NCBI GenBank assembly: GCA_965662845.1
Contig: CBFIJD010000018.1
Span: 8,073-56,148 of the forward strand
Source of the DNA: an uncultured bacterium
GTDB taxonomy: Bacteria > SAR324 > NAC60-12
Direction of reading: 5' to 3'
DNA length: 48,076 bases
The notes below the pieces were generated by a model. It made no database searches and was not told where the DNA came from. It saw only the letters and a program-made list of their open reading frames with translations. The position numbers and the translations under genes were made by a program. Shown here piece by piece: positions 37,309-47,478 of the stretch (position 1 is its first letter; every line of letters starts with the position of its first letter).

Positions 37309-38849
37309 TCCAAGTTGGTGAGGGGAAAGTGCAGGACAAAGGTCGTCCCCTCGCCTTCGACGCTCTGCATCGTGATGCGGCCGCCGTGCTCTTCGACGAT
37401 CCGTGAAACGATCGTTAAGCCCAAGCCGGTTCCCTTCCCGCGCTCTTTGGTGGTGAAGAAAGACTGAAAGAGCTGCTTTTGGATTTCGGGAGAGATGCCG
37501 TGGCCGGTGTCTGCGACGGAAACACAGAGTTCGCCTTGTTCGACAAAGCCGCGCAGCGTAAGCCGACGCTGTGCTCGCCCCTCCATGGCGTCTCGTGCGT
37601 TGTTGATCAAATTCGTGAAGACTTGTTCCAACTGGACGGCGTTGCAGGAGAGACGAGGCAGATCTTTGGGGATCTCAATCTGCGTTCGGATTCCCAGCTG
37701 GGTGAGGTTGCTTTTGCAGAGCAGCATGACTTCGTCGATCAATTCATCGAGTGGCCGCGCTTGGCGCTGTTCTGTATCAGAGCGTCGGGAGAAGTCGCGC
37801 ATGTGCTGCAAGATCTCATCGGTCTTGTCCACGATTCTCACAATTTCGCTGAGCTTCTTCTGATAAAGCTCTGGTGTCATCAGCGTATGGAGCTCGAGCC
37901 CAGACTCGGCCTTCAAACGAATCGCAGAGAGCGGCGCGCGCAGCTCATGAGCCAGACTGGCGGCGGTTTCTCCGATGGTGGCGAGCTTCGCCGATTGCAG
38001 CGCGATCTCTTGCGCTTCACGAAGCTCCCGCAGATCTTCGACGTGTCCGACCAAAAATTGAGTTCTCTGCGCTGTGTCGTGCGTGCAGGTTAGGCTGACC
38101 CTGACCCAGCTCGGAGCTTGGGTGCCTAAGCGGAGCGTGATTTGCGTTCTCGCGTTGTGCGAGTCGCTTGTCTCGGCGGATCCCCGCAGCTGATGGAGCG
38201 TGTGGCGTAAGGCGGCAACGTCTTCAGGGTGCGTCAATTCTGTGAGCGACAAGCCGGGGAGGCCGTCTTCGTTCAGCAGATCCTCTAGCGCGCTGTTAGC
38301 CAGCATGATGAGCCCCTCCACATCAGCGAGGAAGATGCCGTGATATGCGTGCTCAAAAGAGGCTTGGAAGCGCCGCTGCGCTAGGCGGAGCTGTGCCGAG
38401 AGCATCTTTGCGTCGGACAAATCTTGACAGGAGCCGACGAAGTGCAGAAGTTGACGTTGATGTCCGAACAGCGCGATGCCGCGAAACTCTAACCAGCGAT
38501 AAGACTGCGCTTTGCCACGTAGCCGAAGCTCGGCACGCCACTCGTTGCTGTGCCCTAGAAGATAGGCGCGGAGCACTTCAAACGCGCGGTTTCTGTCTTC
38601 GGGGTGCACCAACCGCCAGAAGCGTCTCAGGGAGATGGGCTTGGGCTTATGTGTCCCGTCTGGATGAAACTGCGCGGGCAGAAGAACTTGGCCTGTGCTG
38701 GGGTGATACTCCCAGATGATGTCCTGAGAAACCTCAAGGAGCAGGTGCAGTGAGGCCTGCTGCTCGTAAAATTGGCGAGCCATCTGCAGCGCGGAAGCCA
38801 AATTGGGATTTTGTTCCGCCTGCGAGCGGGAGCCGAAATCTGATAGCAT
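37296..38849 (-). CDS. Cytoplasmic PAS-PAS sensor histidine kinase
   Basis: Two PAS motifs (VHPEDR, THPED), H-box AHELRAPL, NLINNA, DTGHGI, GTGLGL. Confidence 0.93.
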   Translation of the reverse strand: MLSDFGSRSQAEQNPNLASALQMARQFYEQQASLHLLLEVSQDIIWEYHPSTGQVLLPAQFHPDGTHKPKPISLRRFWRLVHPEDRNRAFEVLRAYLLGHSNEWRAELRLRGKAQSYRWLEFRGIALFGHQRQLLHFVGSCQDLSDAKMLSAQLRLAQRRFQASFEHAYHGIFLADVEGLIMLANSALEDLLNEDGLPGLSLTELTHPEDVAALRHTLHQLRGSAETSDSHNARTQITLRLGTQAPSWVRVSLTCTHDTAQRTQFLVGHVEDLRELREAQEIALQSAKLATIGETAASLAHELRAPLSAIRLKAESGLELHTLMTPELYQKKLSEIVRIVDKTDEILQHMRDFSRRSDTEQRQARPLDELIDEVMLLCKSNLTQLGIRTQIEIPKDLPRLSCNAVQLEQVFTNLINNARDAMEGRAQRRLTLRGFVEQGELCVSVADTGHGISPEIQKQLFQSFFTTKERGKGTGLGLTIVSRIVEEHGGRITMQSVEGEGTTFVLHFPLTNLDYAN

Positions 38850-39008
38850 ACAAGTCAGTGGGCTAGTGGTTTCAATTCAGGTGACTTAACCCCCATTGCA
38901 AGATGATCACCACGCTGCGGAGCCGTGTCTGGCGGTCGAAGCAGGAGCCCTCTCGCGGCTGCGCGCGCGATGTTTACGGTGTCTGTGAGAAGAAACAAAA
39001 AGGGATAG

Positions 39009-39869
39009 ATGAAAACTCTCATGAAAAAAGCACAGAGAGGCGGCGCGCTACGAACGCTGTGGCGCGGAGGGTACTTTGGCATTTATTTGCTCTCGATTGT
39101 GCTGTGCTATCCACTCTATAAAGCTGCGACGTGGAGGCCAGGGCTATGGTCGTGGGTTCAGCGAACCCGAAGGTGGTGTTCCAACCGCACGCTCAACGTC
39201 TTGGGGGTGCGTACCGTTGTCGAACAAAGAGCAGCCCTAGACTGGAAGAAACCATACGTCATCTGTCCAAATCACGCCTCTTACATCGACATCAGCGCCA
39301 TTCTCAGCGCCATTCCTGGAACCTATGCGTTTATGTCGAAGGCAGACGTTGCCAAATTACCACTCATTGGAATTTTCTCGTTCTCTGTGGACATTCCCAC
39401 GAGCCGCGAGAACGCTCGTCAGGCGATGGGCGCGTTAGAAGCAGCTCGGCAGCGGTTGCAGAGCGGACAAAGCGTGGTGATTTTTCCGGAAGGCGCCTTC
39501 TATGGCCCTCCAGAGAACTTGTGGTTCTTTCGCAACGGCGCCTTCAAGCTGGCGATTAAAGAGCAAGTCCCCGTGTTGCCAGTCACGATCCTCAACACGT
39601 GGAACGTGCTCCCTGACCGCGTGAACCAAGGCGGGAGCGGACAGATTCGAGTGATTATCCACGAGCCGATTTCTACTGTTGGGATGAAGGTTCGACACAA
39701 CTGGATCACCACCGAGGACGTACGAAACTTGCGTCAACAGACCTTTGACGTGATCAACGCCGAGCTGCAAGCATTCTGTCAGACACCCAGCTATCGCAAC
39801 CGTTGGACAAGCGACCCATTAGGGCCGTTCAGCGTGCCCGCGTATCAAAGCTCCACGAAGCTCGCCTGA
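39009..39869 (+). CDS. plsC: 1-acyl-sn-glycerol-3-phosphate acyltransferase
   Basis: NHASYID, IFPEG, GAFKLA...VPVLPV. Confidence 0.9.
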   Translation: MKTLMKKAQRGGALRTLWRGGYFGIYLLSIVLCYPLYKAATWRPGLWSWVQRTRRWCSNRTLNVLGVRTVVEQRAALDWKKPYVICPNHASYIDISAILSAIPGTYAFMSKADVAKLPLIGIFSFSVDIPTSRENARQAMGALEAARQRLQSGQSVVIFPEGAFYGPPENLWFFRNGAFKLAIKEQVPVLPVTILNTWNVLPDRVNQGGSGQIRVIIHEPISTVGMKVRHNWITTEDVRNLRQQTFDVINAELQAFCQTPSYRNRWTSDPLGPFSVPAYQSSTKLA

Positions 39870-39955
39870 GTCAGAGGGCTTTTCCCTTGCGACAACCGAG
39901 CCCGCCGTTCCACAATACGAATTCGTTTTTTTCCACAACTAACCCATGAGGAACC

Positions 39956-41335
39956 ATGCTCTCAGAACAGACCATCGCCAAAGTCCTTGACTGCGGTTTG
40001 CAGCAAGGGGCTGACTTCGCAGAAGTGTTTGTCGAAGACTCCGTGAATCGCTCGTTAGATTTGCTCGACAAAAAAATCGATCAGATCAACTCTGGCAACT
40101 CCTATGGCATCGGGGTGCGGCTGCTCTTTGGAGGTGAATCCTGCTACGGCTACAGCAGCGATCCCGACGCAGACGGCTTGTTGCGTTTGACGGAAAACCT
40201 CGCGAAGTCCAAGCGCGGCGAGGACTCGGTGAGCATGAAGGACTTGCGGCGCGAAGATGTCTCGGACGCGCACCCTGTGCGAGTAGACCCAGCGTCGGTC
40301 GCCAAGCGAGACCGAGTCGAGCTGCTGCGCAAACTGGACAGCATGACCCGCGCATACGGCGACGAGATCAGACAAGTCAGCGCTTCCATCGTAGAGAAGA
40401 AGCGCTCGTTCCTCGTCGCGAACAGCGAAGGTCTGTTCCGCGAAGACTCTCGTCAGTATATGCGCGTCCGGCTCTCAGCGATCGCCGACACTGGCGACGG
40501 ACCCCAGAGCGGCGCGGAGTCTCCCGGCGTGCTGGGCGGTTACGAATTTTTGCAGGAGGTCGATTTGGACACGCTCGCCCGCGAAGCAGCAGAGACCGCG
40601 CTGCGTATGGCGCGTGCAGGGTACATCGAAGGGGGCGTGATGCCTGTCGTGATGGGGAACGGCTTCGGTGGGGTGATCTTCCACGAAGCGTGCGGGCATC
40701 CGCTGGAGACAGAGTCCATTCGCAAGAACGCGTCTCCGTTTGTGGGGAAGGTCGGTCAGCAGATTGCGAGCCCCATTCTGACAGCGATTGACGACGGCAC
40801 GATCGCCAACGCTTGGGGGTCAATCAACATTGACGATGAAGGCAACCCAGCACAACGCACGGTTCTGATCAAAGATGGCGTCTTGCAGCAGTACATGAGC
40901 GACCGCGTGGGCGCTGGACAAGTCGGCGTCGCGCAGACGGGGTCGTCACGCCGTGAAAACTTCAAATACGCGCCGGTCTCACGCATGCGCAACACGTTCA
41001 TTGACCGTGGCCCCAATCGAGTCGACGAAATTTTGCAGTCCGTAGAATATGGACTCTACGCCAAGAAGCTTGGCGGCGGCTCGGTCGATCCAGGCACGGG
41101 AGAGTTCAACTTCGCGGTGCAGGAAGGCTACATCATTCGCAACGGTAAGGTCGCGGAACCTGTACGCGGAGCAACCCTGATTGGCAAAGGCTACGAAGTG
41201 CTCCCGCGCATCTCCATGATCGCCGACGATTTGGAGCTAGCCGCCGGCATTTGTGGGGCCTCTAGCGGCCTGGTGCCAACGACGGTCGGGCAGCCTACGC
41301 TGAAGATTGACTCCATTTTGGTAGGGGGACGCTGA
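39956..41335 (+). CDS. tldD: TldD metalloprotease
   Basis: HEACGHPLE, IDDEG, RMRNT, VGQPTL. Confidence 0.95.
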   Translation: MLSEQTIAKVLDCGLQQGADFAEVFVEDSVNRSLDLLDKKIDQINSGNSYGIGVRLLFGGESCYGYSSDPDADGLLRLTENLAKSKRGEDSVSMKDLRREDVSDAHPVRVDPASVAKRDRVELLRKLDSMTRAYGDEIRQVSASIVEKKRSFLVANSEGLFREDSRQYMRVRLSAIADTGDGPQSGAESPGVLGGYEFLQEVDLDTLAREAAETALRMARAGYIEGGVMPVVMGNGFGGVIFHEACGHPLETESIRKNASPFVGKVGQQIASPILTAIDDGTIANAWGSINIDDEGNPAQRTVLIKDGVLQQYMSDRVGAGQVGVAQTGSSRRENFKYAPVSRMRNTFIDRGPNRVDEILQSVEYGLYAKKLGGGSVDPGTGEFNFAVQEGYIIRNGKVAEPVRGATLIGKGYEVLPRISMIADDLELAAGICGASSGLVPTTVGQPTLKIDSILVGGR

Positions 41336-42672
41336 TGCAACCGGAGCAAGCAATTGAACATGTGCTGAGTGTGGCCAACCAGCGTGGCATGGGGGACGTG
41401 GATGTGCTCGCAGAGCGCGGGGAGTCACTCAGCTTGAAAGTCCGCAACGGCAAGGTCGAGAAGGTGGACCAGTCCACAAGCCTGGGGCTGGGCGTGCGGG
41501 TTCTGTCGAACGGACGGACCGGGCTTGCCTACACTGAGCGACTCGAAGCCCGCGCGCTGGAGCGCATTTTGGACGAAGCCCAAGAGAACGCGGAGCTTCA
41601 AGACCCACTCGATGTGTTTCTGCCAGACAAACCCGACGCGCTACCAGAGGCGCCGCTGAGGCTCTACAACGCGGAGCTTGAAAATTTGTCGTTTGAAGAG
41701 CTGGCAGAGGTCGGACTGGAGATCGAGGCCACCGCCAAAGAAACGGACTCTCGCGTGATGAGCTTGCCCTACCTTGGCGTCTCTAGGAACGTCGGAGAGT
41801 GGTTCTTAGGTTCGACGAAAGGTGTGCGCTATCAGCAGCGCGAGAACGCTGTCACGACGTATTGCGCCGCTTTGCTGCAAGAGGGGGAGCAACGCAAGAC
41901 CGGGATGCGCTTCTGGCAGCTGCGTGACTGGGATCGCGCGGGCGCCGCAGCCGTCGGCACGCTGGCGGTCAAAGAAGCCCAAGGCTTGCTTGGAGCGAAG
42001 AGCATTCCGAACTGCAAGATCCCGGTGATCTTAGACGAATATTGTGCGCCGCGCTTGCTGGGCATGTACTTTCGGGCGTTCTATGCAGAAGCCGCTCAGA
42101 AAGGAACCTCACGGTTAGCGGGGAAACTAGGCGAGACCATCGCAGGGAGCAACGTGACCTTGTTCGACGATCCGTTTGTGGTTGGCGGGGAGGGCTCTTG
42201 TCATGTAGACGCCGAGGGGGTCGTGACGGAGAAGCTGCCTCTGGTTGAAGGTGGTGTGTTCCGCAATTTCCTCTATCACATCGAGTCCGCTCGCAAAGAA
42301 GAGCGGCTGTCGAATGGGCACGCGCGCCGCAGCTACAACAGCGGAATCTCGACGGCGTATCACAACCTTGTGATGGAGCCGGGCGCATACTCGCTAGAGG
42401 AGCTGTGTCAGCAACCTGAGAGAGCGCTGCTGGTCACCAGTCTGGAGGGCGCGGCGGGATGCAATCCAGTGAGCGGCGACATCTCGATTGGCGTGCAGGG
42501 CTTCTTGCTAGAGCACGGGCAGCGGGTGCAAGCTGTGGACAGCATCACGATTGCCGGGAACTTCTTCGAGCTGCTGCAGAAGATTCAAGGCATTGGCAAC
42601 GCCTGCCAACCCTTCTTGACGAATGTCTTCATCCCGCCCTTGCTAGTGGATGGCTTCGCGATTTCTGGCTAG
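41335..42672 (+). CDS. pmbA: PmbA/TldE protein
   Basis: DAEGV, NPVSGDISIG, TIAGNF; start overlaps the tldD stop. Confidence 0.92.
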   Translation: MQPEQAIEHVLSVANQRGMGDVDVLAERGESLSLKVRNGKVEKVDQSTSLGLGVRVLSNGRTGLAYTERLEARALERILDEAQENAELQDPLDVFLPDKPDALPEAPLRLYNAELENLSFEELAEVGLEIEATAKETDSRVMSLPYLGVSRNVGEWFLGSTKGVRYQQRENAVTTYCAALLQEGEQRKTGMRFWQLRDWDRAGAAAVGTLAVKEAQGLLGAKSIPNCKIPVILDEYCAPRLLGMYFRAFYAEAAQKGTSRLAGKLGETIAGSNVTLFDDPFVVGGEGSCHVDAEGVVTEKLPLVEGGVFRNFLYHIESARKEERLSNGHARRSYNSGISTAYHNLVMEPGAYSLEELCQQPERALLVTSLEGAAGCNPVSGDISIGVQGFLLEHGQRVQAVDSITIAGNFFELLQKIQGIGNACQPFLTNVFIPPLLVDGFAISG

Positions 42673-42679
42673 ACCAAGC

Positions 42680-42703
42680 GAGAGGGCGTCGCGGCGCCCT
42701 CTC
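42680..42703. terminator. Hairpin between convergent genes
   Basis: GAGAGGGCG-tcgcgg-CGCCCTCTC. Confidence 0.55.
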
Positions 42704-42728
42704 TGCTATATCGCTGACTTCTCCGCGC

Positions 42729-43025
42729 TCACCTTGCCTTTTGCTCCTCCCAATACTTCAGCGACGCTGCTGGAATTTGTTCGGGCTGCGTGACGACTCC
42801 ATAGCCCAACATCGCCCAAAAACCGAGATTGAAGCCGATCCCTAGGGAGAGCGGGAAGTTTGTGAGAGACAGCAGCGCGATCAAGATGAGCAAGAAGACC
42901 GTCGCGAAGCTGGCCAAGTTGCCCCAAAACGGGCGAGCCGAGAGCGATGCGGTCGCGATGCCGCCATTTCCAAGTCCTAAAAAACAGCCAATTCCAAATA
43001 ATGACAAATCTGTGATGAGATCCAT
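42729..43025 (-). CDS. Small membrane protein (~98 aa, about 3 hydrophobic segments)
   Basis: AGGAGG RBS before ATG at 43025; Gly-rich hydrophobic stretches. Confidence 0.75.
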   Translation of the reverse strand: MDLITDLSLFGIGCFLGLGNGGIATASLSARPFWGNLASFATVFLLILIALLSLTNFPLSLGIGFNLGFWAMLGYGVVTQPEQIPAASLKYWEEQKAR

Positions 43026-43195
43026 TCCGCCTCCTTGCGATGAAAAATGCGGGGTGCCTGAACCAAATAGCCTCGGATCGGTTCCGTTTGGATTTGCGCG
43101 ATGTTCTCTCAAACCGAAGGGGCTCTTTTGAGCACAGAGAGGGACCTCAAAAAAGCGTTCAGCGAATGAATTTGCTGCAAACGAATTTCTAAAAG

Positions 43196-43211
43196 ATATT
43201 CAATGAATATT
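43196..43211. promoter_or_regulatory. 7-1-7 palindrome ATATTCA-N-TGAATAT (copy 1)
   Basis: Reverse complement of 43196-43211 is identical to 46983-46998. Confidence 0.6.
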
Positions 43212-43286
43212 TTTTTGTCAAATTAGATTTGGTTCGACCACGGGAGTCGTTTAGGTTTGGGGAGGGACCGGAGAGGAGTGGAAGCT

Positions 43287-44996
43287 TCAGGAGCTGGAGT
43301 CTTCGGAGAGCGCAACTTCTTGCGTTTGATGGAGGAAGACGAGGGTCGCGGTCGCGCCGCCGTCAGGATTGTTCATGAAGGAGAGGTCGCCTCCGTGACG
43401 GCGCAGCAACTTGCCTAGGGAGTACAGACCAAAGCCATTGCCATCCTCTTTGGTAGATTTCACCACTTGGTGTCCTAATTTAGCGAGCACATGTTCCGGG
43501 ATGCCCACGCCGTTGTCAGAGACACGAAGGCGGATGAACGTCTGTTGATCGTGGGTGTATTCGTCGACCACAATCTGAATTTGGCCATCATGATCTCGCT
43601 TGGCTTGACGGATCGACGCAGCGCCGTTGTGGATGAAGTTTTCAATGGCGCTGACGAGGAGATTTTTGGAGAAGTAAATCTCTTCAAGGTGAGTGCGATA
43701 TTGCAATTGAACAGAGGTAGAAGCCTGTGTTTGATAGATTGGCACTTGGGCTTCGAGCATCGCTTTCAGGTTGAACAGGTTGAAGTGTCCTGAACGAACC
43801 TCGTGCATCACGTCTTGTAACATAGCTGCGCACTTGTCGACGGATTGTTCAATCTGCGTCATCTGCTCTTGGCGCTTGGGATGGTCGGGCATCATTTTGA
43901 CGAACTCAGCAGAGATGCGGATCGCGCCGAGGTAGCGGTTGATCTCGTGGCTGATGTGCCCCAGCGCGTCGGCAATCTGTAGCTTGTTGCGCATCGTAAC
44001 CATCTCTTCCATCTGGTCGAGTTGGGCCTTGCGCGACTGTTTGATGTAGGTCGTCATGTCATGGACTGCAGCGTAGAGCTGCGCGAACTCCAGCGAACCT
44101 TGTGGGCGCATCGGGACAATTTGTTCGCTCTGCGTGAAGTCCTGCACATCATGCATGAGCTGTTCGGTGGGAGCGGTGACGGTTTGGCGCAGCAGCCAGC
44201 GGACGCTAGCGAGCAACAAAATGGTGATGCCGCCCAGCGCCGCGAACGACAGCAGCGTGATGCGGGTGGCGAGGGCATCAAAGGGTTGAGACTGGTAGAG
44301 CAGGCTCACATAAAAATCGACGCCCTCTTGCACAGCGAGCGTTTGCACACGGTCGTTGGGAAATTCCTCAGGCGAGGGCGGGCGTTCTGAGAAGTCGACC
44401 GCGTAGGCGGAGGTGTTCTCTAAGAGTTTCTTGCGAACCGACCAGCTCTCTAGCTGGAGCTGTTTGTCGAACACAATGTGGCCATATTCCTCTCCTGTCG
44501 GGGAGAGCAAGACGTGAGGAATCAGCACGTGGAGACGCTGCATTTCTGGGCGGTAGTGGATTCGGTTCTGTGGAGTGTCGCACAGATCTTTGGGGGGATC
44601 GTCCGTGGTGGATAAGCGGAAGGTGGTGCGGGTGGCACAAGATCGGTCGAACAGCCAGATGTTCTGTAGCTCTTGATCAAGTTTGCCGTGCATGGCGACG
44701 AGGACAGACCGCGAGCGTAGGGAGTCTTGTTGGGTTGCGTTGAGCAAAAAGTTATAGGTCGCGACGACTCCTTGGGTTTTTTGAGCGAACTGTTCCAACT
44801 CTTGCTGCAACAAGATGCGGGTGACGAGCTGGTCTTGCCGCACCGTGCGTTGATATTCTTCTTCGGCCACCGTCTGCATGAACCGATACAGGAAGCCTCC
44901 AAAGAGCACGCTCACAGAGCCGAAGAGGAGGACGAGCAGCAAGCTGAGCTTGCGGGAGAGGTGCTGGTTGTTGAGGTAAGCGTGCAACGGGTTCAT
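43287..44996 (-). CDS. Membrane sensor histidine kinase (2 TM, periplasmic domain, HAMP-like linker, HisKA, HATPase)
   Basis: Two TM segments; SHEINRYL H-box; NFIHNG, DNGVGI, GNGFGL. Confidence 0.9.
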   Translation of the reverse strand: MNPLHAYLNNQHLSRKLSLLLVLLFGSVSVLFGGFLYRFMQTVAEEEYQRTVRQDQLVTRILLQQELEQFAQKTQGVVATYNFLLNATQQDSLRSRSVLVAMHGKLDQELQNIWLFDRSCATRTTFRLSTTDDPPKDLCDTPQNRIHYRPEMQRLHVLIPHVLLSPTGEEYGHIVFDKQLQLESWSVRKKLLENTSAYAVDFSERPPSPEEFPNDRVQTLAVQEGVDFYVSLLYQSQPFDALATRITLLSFAALGGITILLLASVRWLLRQTVTAPTEQLMHDVQDFTQSEQIVPMRPQGSLEFAQLYAAVHDMTTYIKQSRKAQLDQMEEMVTMRNKLQIADALGHISHEINRYLGAIRISAEFVKMMPDHPKRQEQMTQIEQSVDKCAAMLQDVMHEVRSGHFNLFNLKAMLEAQVPIYQTQASTSVQLQYRTHLEEIYFSKNLLVSAIENFIHNGAASIRQAKRDHDGQIQIVVDEYTHDQQTFIRLRVSDNGVGIPEHVLAKLGHQVVKSTKEDGNGFGLYSLGKLLRRHGGDLSFMNNPDGGATATLVFLHQTQEVALSEDSSS

Positions 44997-45233
44997 GCGA
45001 GTTTCGCGCAGAAAAATTTCGTGGGTTTTCCTTCACCAGAGGCACACCGAAGGCCCTGTGACGAGAGTGTTCCTCCCGGAGAACATCGGGAGGAAATCTC
45101 GCGTCTTGCATGCTCCCGTGCTCAGCAAGAACATCACCAAATGTCAGATCAAGAGCGCTTCATGAAAAATTCTTGCCTGTGCGAAGACATAACATAGAAT
45201 GCTGCGCTTGCAAAAATTATAGTGGAGAAGCGA

Positions 45234-46535
45234 ATGAAGCGTTGGTTCAGCTTGTTGCTGGCTTTGTGGCCGCTGAGCGCGGGGGCTTGGGAACCAGAGT
45301 TGCCGCCTTCGGTGAGATTGAGTGGATGGGCTTCAAAGGCGGTGGTGCATACATATCATGAAAGTGTTCAGATCAAGGTGCCGCAACAAGAAGACTATGG
45401 CTTGGAGGCGGCGCTGCGTGTGGACTGGGCCATTCAACCGTGGCTAGATTTCCGCGCCTTGTATGCGTATTTGCCTTATCTGAATGATGGCCCAGACAGC
45501 GAGTTCGAGTTCTTGCTGCTCGATGCGAACACTTTTGTGGGTGAAAGCATTGCGGGGGTGCGCGCTGGACGAGTTCAGCTGCCGTATGGTTTTTTCAATA
45601 TGTTGCGCCTGAACCCTGCGGAGCGCTTGGGGGTGCATCACGCGCAGCCCGTCCAAATCTATTGGGGACAGAACGCTGCGCTTTATGATCGCGGAGACGG
45701 GTGGCACGCTTATGTTCACTCGCCGCGCAGCTCAACCGTGCAAGGGACGTTGGAGTTTGGGCGCATTGTGCGGGAAGATCCGCAGCCGCAAGCAGACTAT
45801 CTCTTTGAACTGTCGAACACAGACATCTATTTTGATCGTTTGGAGACGGAGTTCATCTCACTAGAGATTGAGCTGTTCGACACGCTCCGGCTGCGCAAAG
45901 ATCACTTAGAACCGACGCAGTTCTTTTCGATTGAAGCGAACCACTATAATTACTTATTGAGCGACAGCGACGTGCGAGGCTTCGCTGCGTCTCAGGGGCT
46001 TGATCCCACGACGCTCACCTCGGAGCAGCTCTTGGCCTTGCGACAAAGTCTCGTGGCGGGGCTGCCTACCGGTGAGTTTCAGCGTCCCTTTGAAGAAGAC
46101 TACGAGGGGGTAGAGCTGTGGTTAGGGGCGTGGCAGCTGGTGTTTGAGCAATCGCGCTTCTATTACACCGGTGAGGGGAGCCAAAACGAGTATTATCGGG
46201 CGCTAGGCAGCCCAGGAGGCGAAAAGCTCACGGATACACACCGCTCGTTTGTGGTGATGCGGCACGATGAGGATGTGACGGTTCATGCGGGCTACAGCTA
46301 CATGATCGTGGAAGACGGCTCATGGCGTTCTTTGAACCCCAAGCACGTGACATACGCGGGCACGGATCGTTTTGGAGGGATCAAATGGAAGTATGACTCC
46401 AACCTCACGGTCAAATATGAGGTGCTCAATGTGAGCGGGATCTATTGGCTGCGCTATTCGCTCAATGCTGAACTCGCCGGCGAAACAGACAGAAACTGGC
46501 GCATGGAGGCTGTCTCGATAACGTATGAGTTTTAG
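45234..46535 (+). CDS. Outer-membrane beta-barrel/porin-like protein
   Basis: Signal peptide ending AGA; GVRAGRVQLPYGFFN; terminal SITYEF beta-signal. Confidence 0.8.
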   Translation: MKRWFSLLLALWPLSAGAWEPELPPSVRLSGWASKAVVHTYHESVQIKVPQQEDYGLEAALRVDWAIQPWLDFRALYAYLPYLNDGPDSEFEFLLLDANTFVGESIAGVRAGRVQLPYGFFNMLRLNPAERLGVHHAQPVQIYWGQNAALYDRGDGWHAYVHSPRSSTVQGTLEFGRIVREDPQPQADYLFELSNTDIYFDRLETEFISLEIELFDTLRLRKDHLEPTQFFSIEANHYNYLLSDSDVRGFAASQGLDPTTLTSEQLLALRQSLVAGLPTGEFQRPFEEDYEGVELWLGAWQLVFEQSRFYYTGEGSQNEYYRALGSPGGEKLTDTHRSFVVMRHDEDVTVHAGYSYMIVEDGSWRSLNPKHVTYAGTDRFGGIKWKYDSNLTVKYEVLNVSGIYWLRYSLNAELAGETDRNWRMEAVSITYEF

Positions 46536-46545
46536 GAGCCCCAAC

Positions 46546-46971
46546 ATGCGAAAATTTTGGACGGCGCTCTTGCTCTGGCTCCTGACGGTGACCACAACCC
46601 AGGCGAAGGAGATCTGGCTGGCCTCGGCGGGATTGAGCGAATATTCCCGCTCGGACTTATTAGCGTTGCTGGAAGGTCGCATCAGCCAAGGTCGAGGGAG
46701 CGAGAGCGTGACCTTGGTGGTGTATTTGGACAACCAAGAGATCACGCGGCGCTTCATTGAAGATTATCTGGAACTGAACTACTTCCGCACGCTCGTGAGG
46801 ATGCGGGAGCAGGTGAACTCAGGGCGGGCTTCTGCGTTGTTAGACGTGCCTGGGAAAGATGACGCATACGTCGCGGTGTTCACGCTAGACAACTCAATGA
46901 CCTATAGTGACGATAGCCTTGAGCAGCTCCGAGCGATCGGCCTCTCGGTGGTAGACGTCCAAAAAAGATGA
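46546..46971 (+). CDS. Small secreted protein, possibly substrate-binding-protein-like
   Basis: Signal peptide ending TQA; AGGAG RBS; directly follows the beta-barrel gene. Confidence 0.65.
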   Translation: MRKFWTALLLWLLTVTTTQAKEIWLASAGLSEYSRSDLLALLEGRISQGRGSESVTLVVYLDNQEITRRFIEDYLELNYFRTLVRMREQVNSGRASALLDVPGKDDAYVAVFTLDNSMTYSDDSLEQLRAIGLSVVDVQKR

Positions 46972-46982
46972 ATTATTATTTG

Positions 46983-46998
46983 AATATTCATTGAATAT
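46983..46998. promoter_or_regulatory. 7-1-7 palindrome ATATTCA-N-TGAATAT (copy 2)
   Basis: AATATTCATTGAATAT in an AT-rich intergenic stretch. Confidence 0.6.
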
Positions 46999-47091
46999 TA
47001 CTGTGGGCTGTATTAAGGTCTCGCTCCGCAACGGACTGAGCTGCGCTAGAGAGCGAAAGATTTCATCCACAAGACAAACAAAGAGGTACTC

Positions 47092-47367
47092 ATGGATTCG
47101 TCAATGCATCGTCATTTTTTCACCAAGAAGCCCCGTCATCGGGTTCCCGGCCCCACTCGTGAGCAAATTGAAGAGCAAGTTGCGCAATACTTGAACCGAG
47201 GCGGGCGCATCAAATATTTGCAGTCCTTGCCAGAGCAGCGTCAACTGGACTCGGTGGGAGCTTCTGTAGAGGTGATGACAAGCGGGCTAGATCAAGAGGT
47301 GCTGTTCCATTTGCAGTCTGCCGATGTTGCGGTGGACTCATCAACGCAAAGCGCGTCGGCAGACTAA
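47092..47367 (+). CDS. Small hypothetical protein
   Basis: GAGG RBS; REQIEEQVAQYLNRGGRIKYL motif. Confidence 0.7.
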   Translation: MDSSMHRHFFTKKPRHRVPGPTREQIEEQVAQYLNRGGRIKYLQSLPEQRQLDSVGASVEVMTSGLDQEVLFHLQSADVAVDSSTQSASAD

Positions 47368-47478
47368 CGAGCGCTTGGGCGAGCAGGAGGCGCCTTTTGC
47401 AAAGCGGCCTCGCGGTTGCCAAGTCGCAATAACTTGGCAATTTCGTTTTGCCTTGTTACATTATCTAGTCCTTCAATT

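Noticed and set aside
37479..38093. 204-aa plus-strand ORF
   Set aside because: Antisense shadow of the PAS histidine kinase
43026..43160. Possible riboswitch upstream of the small membrane gene
   Set aside because: Only short 4-6 bp stems and no recognisable aptamer consensus
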